Positions 62,804 to 64,000 of a DNA stretch of 64,000 bases are shown here, piece by piece. Numbering within the stretch: position 1 is the stretch's first letter; every line of letters begins with the position of its first letter. The translations under genes and the position numbers were made by a program. Below the pieces are notes generated by a model. It was not told where the DNA came from. It searched no databases and was given only the letters and a program-made list of their open reading frames with translations. The DNA is from Polyangiaceae bacterium (GTDB lineage: Bacteria; Myxococcota_A; Polyangia; Polyangiales; Polyangiaceae), in assembly GCA_035063585.1 (NCBI GenBank), contig JAPSGB010000001.1:96001-160000 (forward strand), written 5' to 3'.

Positions 62804-64000
62804 TTCTCGCGCGCCGGCGCGTCGTCGGAGCGCTCCTCGCCGCGCTAGCGGTCCTCTTTGCACCGAGTATCGCGCGCGGCGGTGACCCGTACCTGCGCTG
62901 GTACACGATCGAGACGCCGCACTTTCGCGTCAGCTATCACAGCGGCCTCGAGGCGCCCGCGCAGCGCCTCGCCAATCTGAGCGAGTCGATCTACGCACGC
63001 CTCACGCCGGCGCTCGGCTACGCACCGAGCGCGCGCACCGAGCTCCTGCTCACCGACGACACCGACTCGGCCAACGGCTCGGCGACCGCCATACCCTACA
63101 ACGCGGTTCGGCTCTTCGCTACGGCGCCCGACGACATGTCGCCGCTTGGCGACTACGACGACTGGCTCGGCGAGCTCGTGACCCACGAGTTTACCCACAT
63201 CCTTCACGCCGACAACATCTCCGGACTCCCGGCTGTCGTAAACGCGATCCTCGGCAAGACGTACGCGCCGAACCAAGCGCAGCCACGCTGGGTGCTCGAG
63301 GGGCTCGCGGTCGCCATGGAGACCGCGCACACCGGCGGCGGGCGGCTCCGCTCGTCACTGTGGGATATGTATCTGCGCGCCGACGTGCTCGAGGGAAACC
63401 TCGCCCGGCTCGACCAGTTCAGCAACAGCGCGCGCCGCTGGCCCGGCGGGAACCTCTGGTACCTCTACGGCTCGGAGTTCATCGCCTGGATCGAGGACGT
63501 CTACGGGCCCGACACCTACTCCGCGGTCGCCACCGATTACGGCGCGAACCTCATCGCGTGGGGTATCAACCGGTCGATCCGCCGAGTCACCGGGCGCACC
63601 TACGTCGAGCTCTACGAGGGCTTCCGTCAGGAGCTCGCGCGCCGCTATGAAGCTCAGGCGCGCGAGGTGCGCCGGCGTGGGCTCCGCGAGGGGACCCAGC
63701 TCACCCACCGCGGCCGCATCGCGTCGAGCCCGCGCTTCGCGCCCGCGTGCGCGCGGACCGGCGCGCGCGAGGAGCTCTTCTATCTCCGCGACGACGGCGA
63801 CACCCCGGGCGGCATTTATCGACTGCCGCTCGATGCGCGCGATCGCGCCGACGAAGCGAGCGCGGAGCTCGTCTCACGCTCGGTCGGCTCCGTCATCACT
63901 TTCGACGGCTGCTCGCTCGTCTTCGACAGCGTCGCACCATCACGCCGGCTCTACTACTTTGGCGATTTGTTCCGACAGCCGAGCGGCACTATCGCGCCGC
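62800..64000 (+). CDS. Secreted HExxH (peptidase MA-like) protein, 3'-truncated; probably a TolB/Omp85-type surface protein
   Basis: Not in the supplied ORF track; GTG overlaps the upstream TGA; signal peptide, WYTIETPHF, THEFTHILH, WVLEGLAV, then a propeller-like SPRF segment. Confidence 0.85.
   Translation, partial: MILARRRVVGALLAALAVLFAPSIARGGDPYLRWYTIETPHFRVSYHSGLEAPAQRLANLSESIYARLTPALGYAPSARTELLLTDDTDSANGSATAIPYNAVRLFATAPDDMSPLGDYDDWLGELVTHEFTHILHADNISGLPAVVNAILGKTYAPNQAQPRWVLEGLAVAMETAHTGGGRLRSSLWDMYLRADVLEGNLARLDQFSNSARRWPGGNLWYLYGSEFIAWIEDVYGPDTYSAVATDYGANLIAWGINRSIRRVTGRTYVELYEGFRQELARRYEAQAREVRRRGLREGTQLTHRGRIASSPRFAPACARTGAREELFYLRDDGDTPGGIYRLPLDARDRADEASAELVSRSVGSVITFDGCSLVFDSVAPSRRLYYFGDLFRQPSGTIAP

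Overview
Very GC-rich bacterial chromosomal window. Its protein families (Myxococcus Cys-rich/fibro-slime repeats, TIGR02266/PilZ-type and MXAN_5187-type proteins, a eukaryote-like Ser/Thr kinase, many lipoproteins) point to a myxobacterium, probably Polyangiaceae-like (inference). All calls come from motif recognition by eye; no database searches were run. From left to right: (1) a partial gene with a 47-bp tail duplication, a structured intergenic candidate sRNA, an ABC-2 exporter and two metabolic genes. (2) Secreted or lipoproteins around tRNA-Lys(CTT). (3) A ~3.5-kb, mostly lower-GC, integrase-less island at tRNA-Arg(TCG), bounded by a 42-bp att repeat. It carries a CUB/PPC/CLCA-like zinc metalloprotease and two lipoproteins. 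(4) A ~22-kb glycosylation locus with five GT-C-type membrane proteins, three GT2 enzymes, two methyltransferases, a flippase-like protein and a heptose-type nucleotide-sugar pathway (Tal, HddA, GmhB, HddC; no GmhA). (5) A Btu/Fec-type ABC importer, lgt, a kinase, a stand-alone Cys-free rpsD, RluA, an RPH-like enzyme, an orphan T3SS needle/filament-like gene, envC-like-ftsX-ftsE, a formyltransferase, a PilZ-type protein and a truncated HExxH surface protein. The best candidates for new biology are the CLCA-like protease island, the sigma54-type sRNA candidate, the GT-C/heptose glycosylation locus and the orphan needle-like gene.
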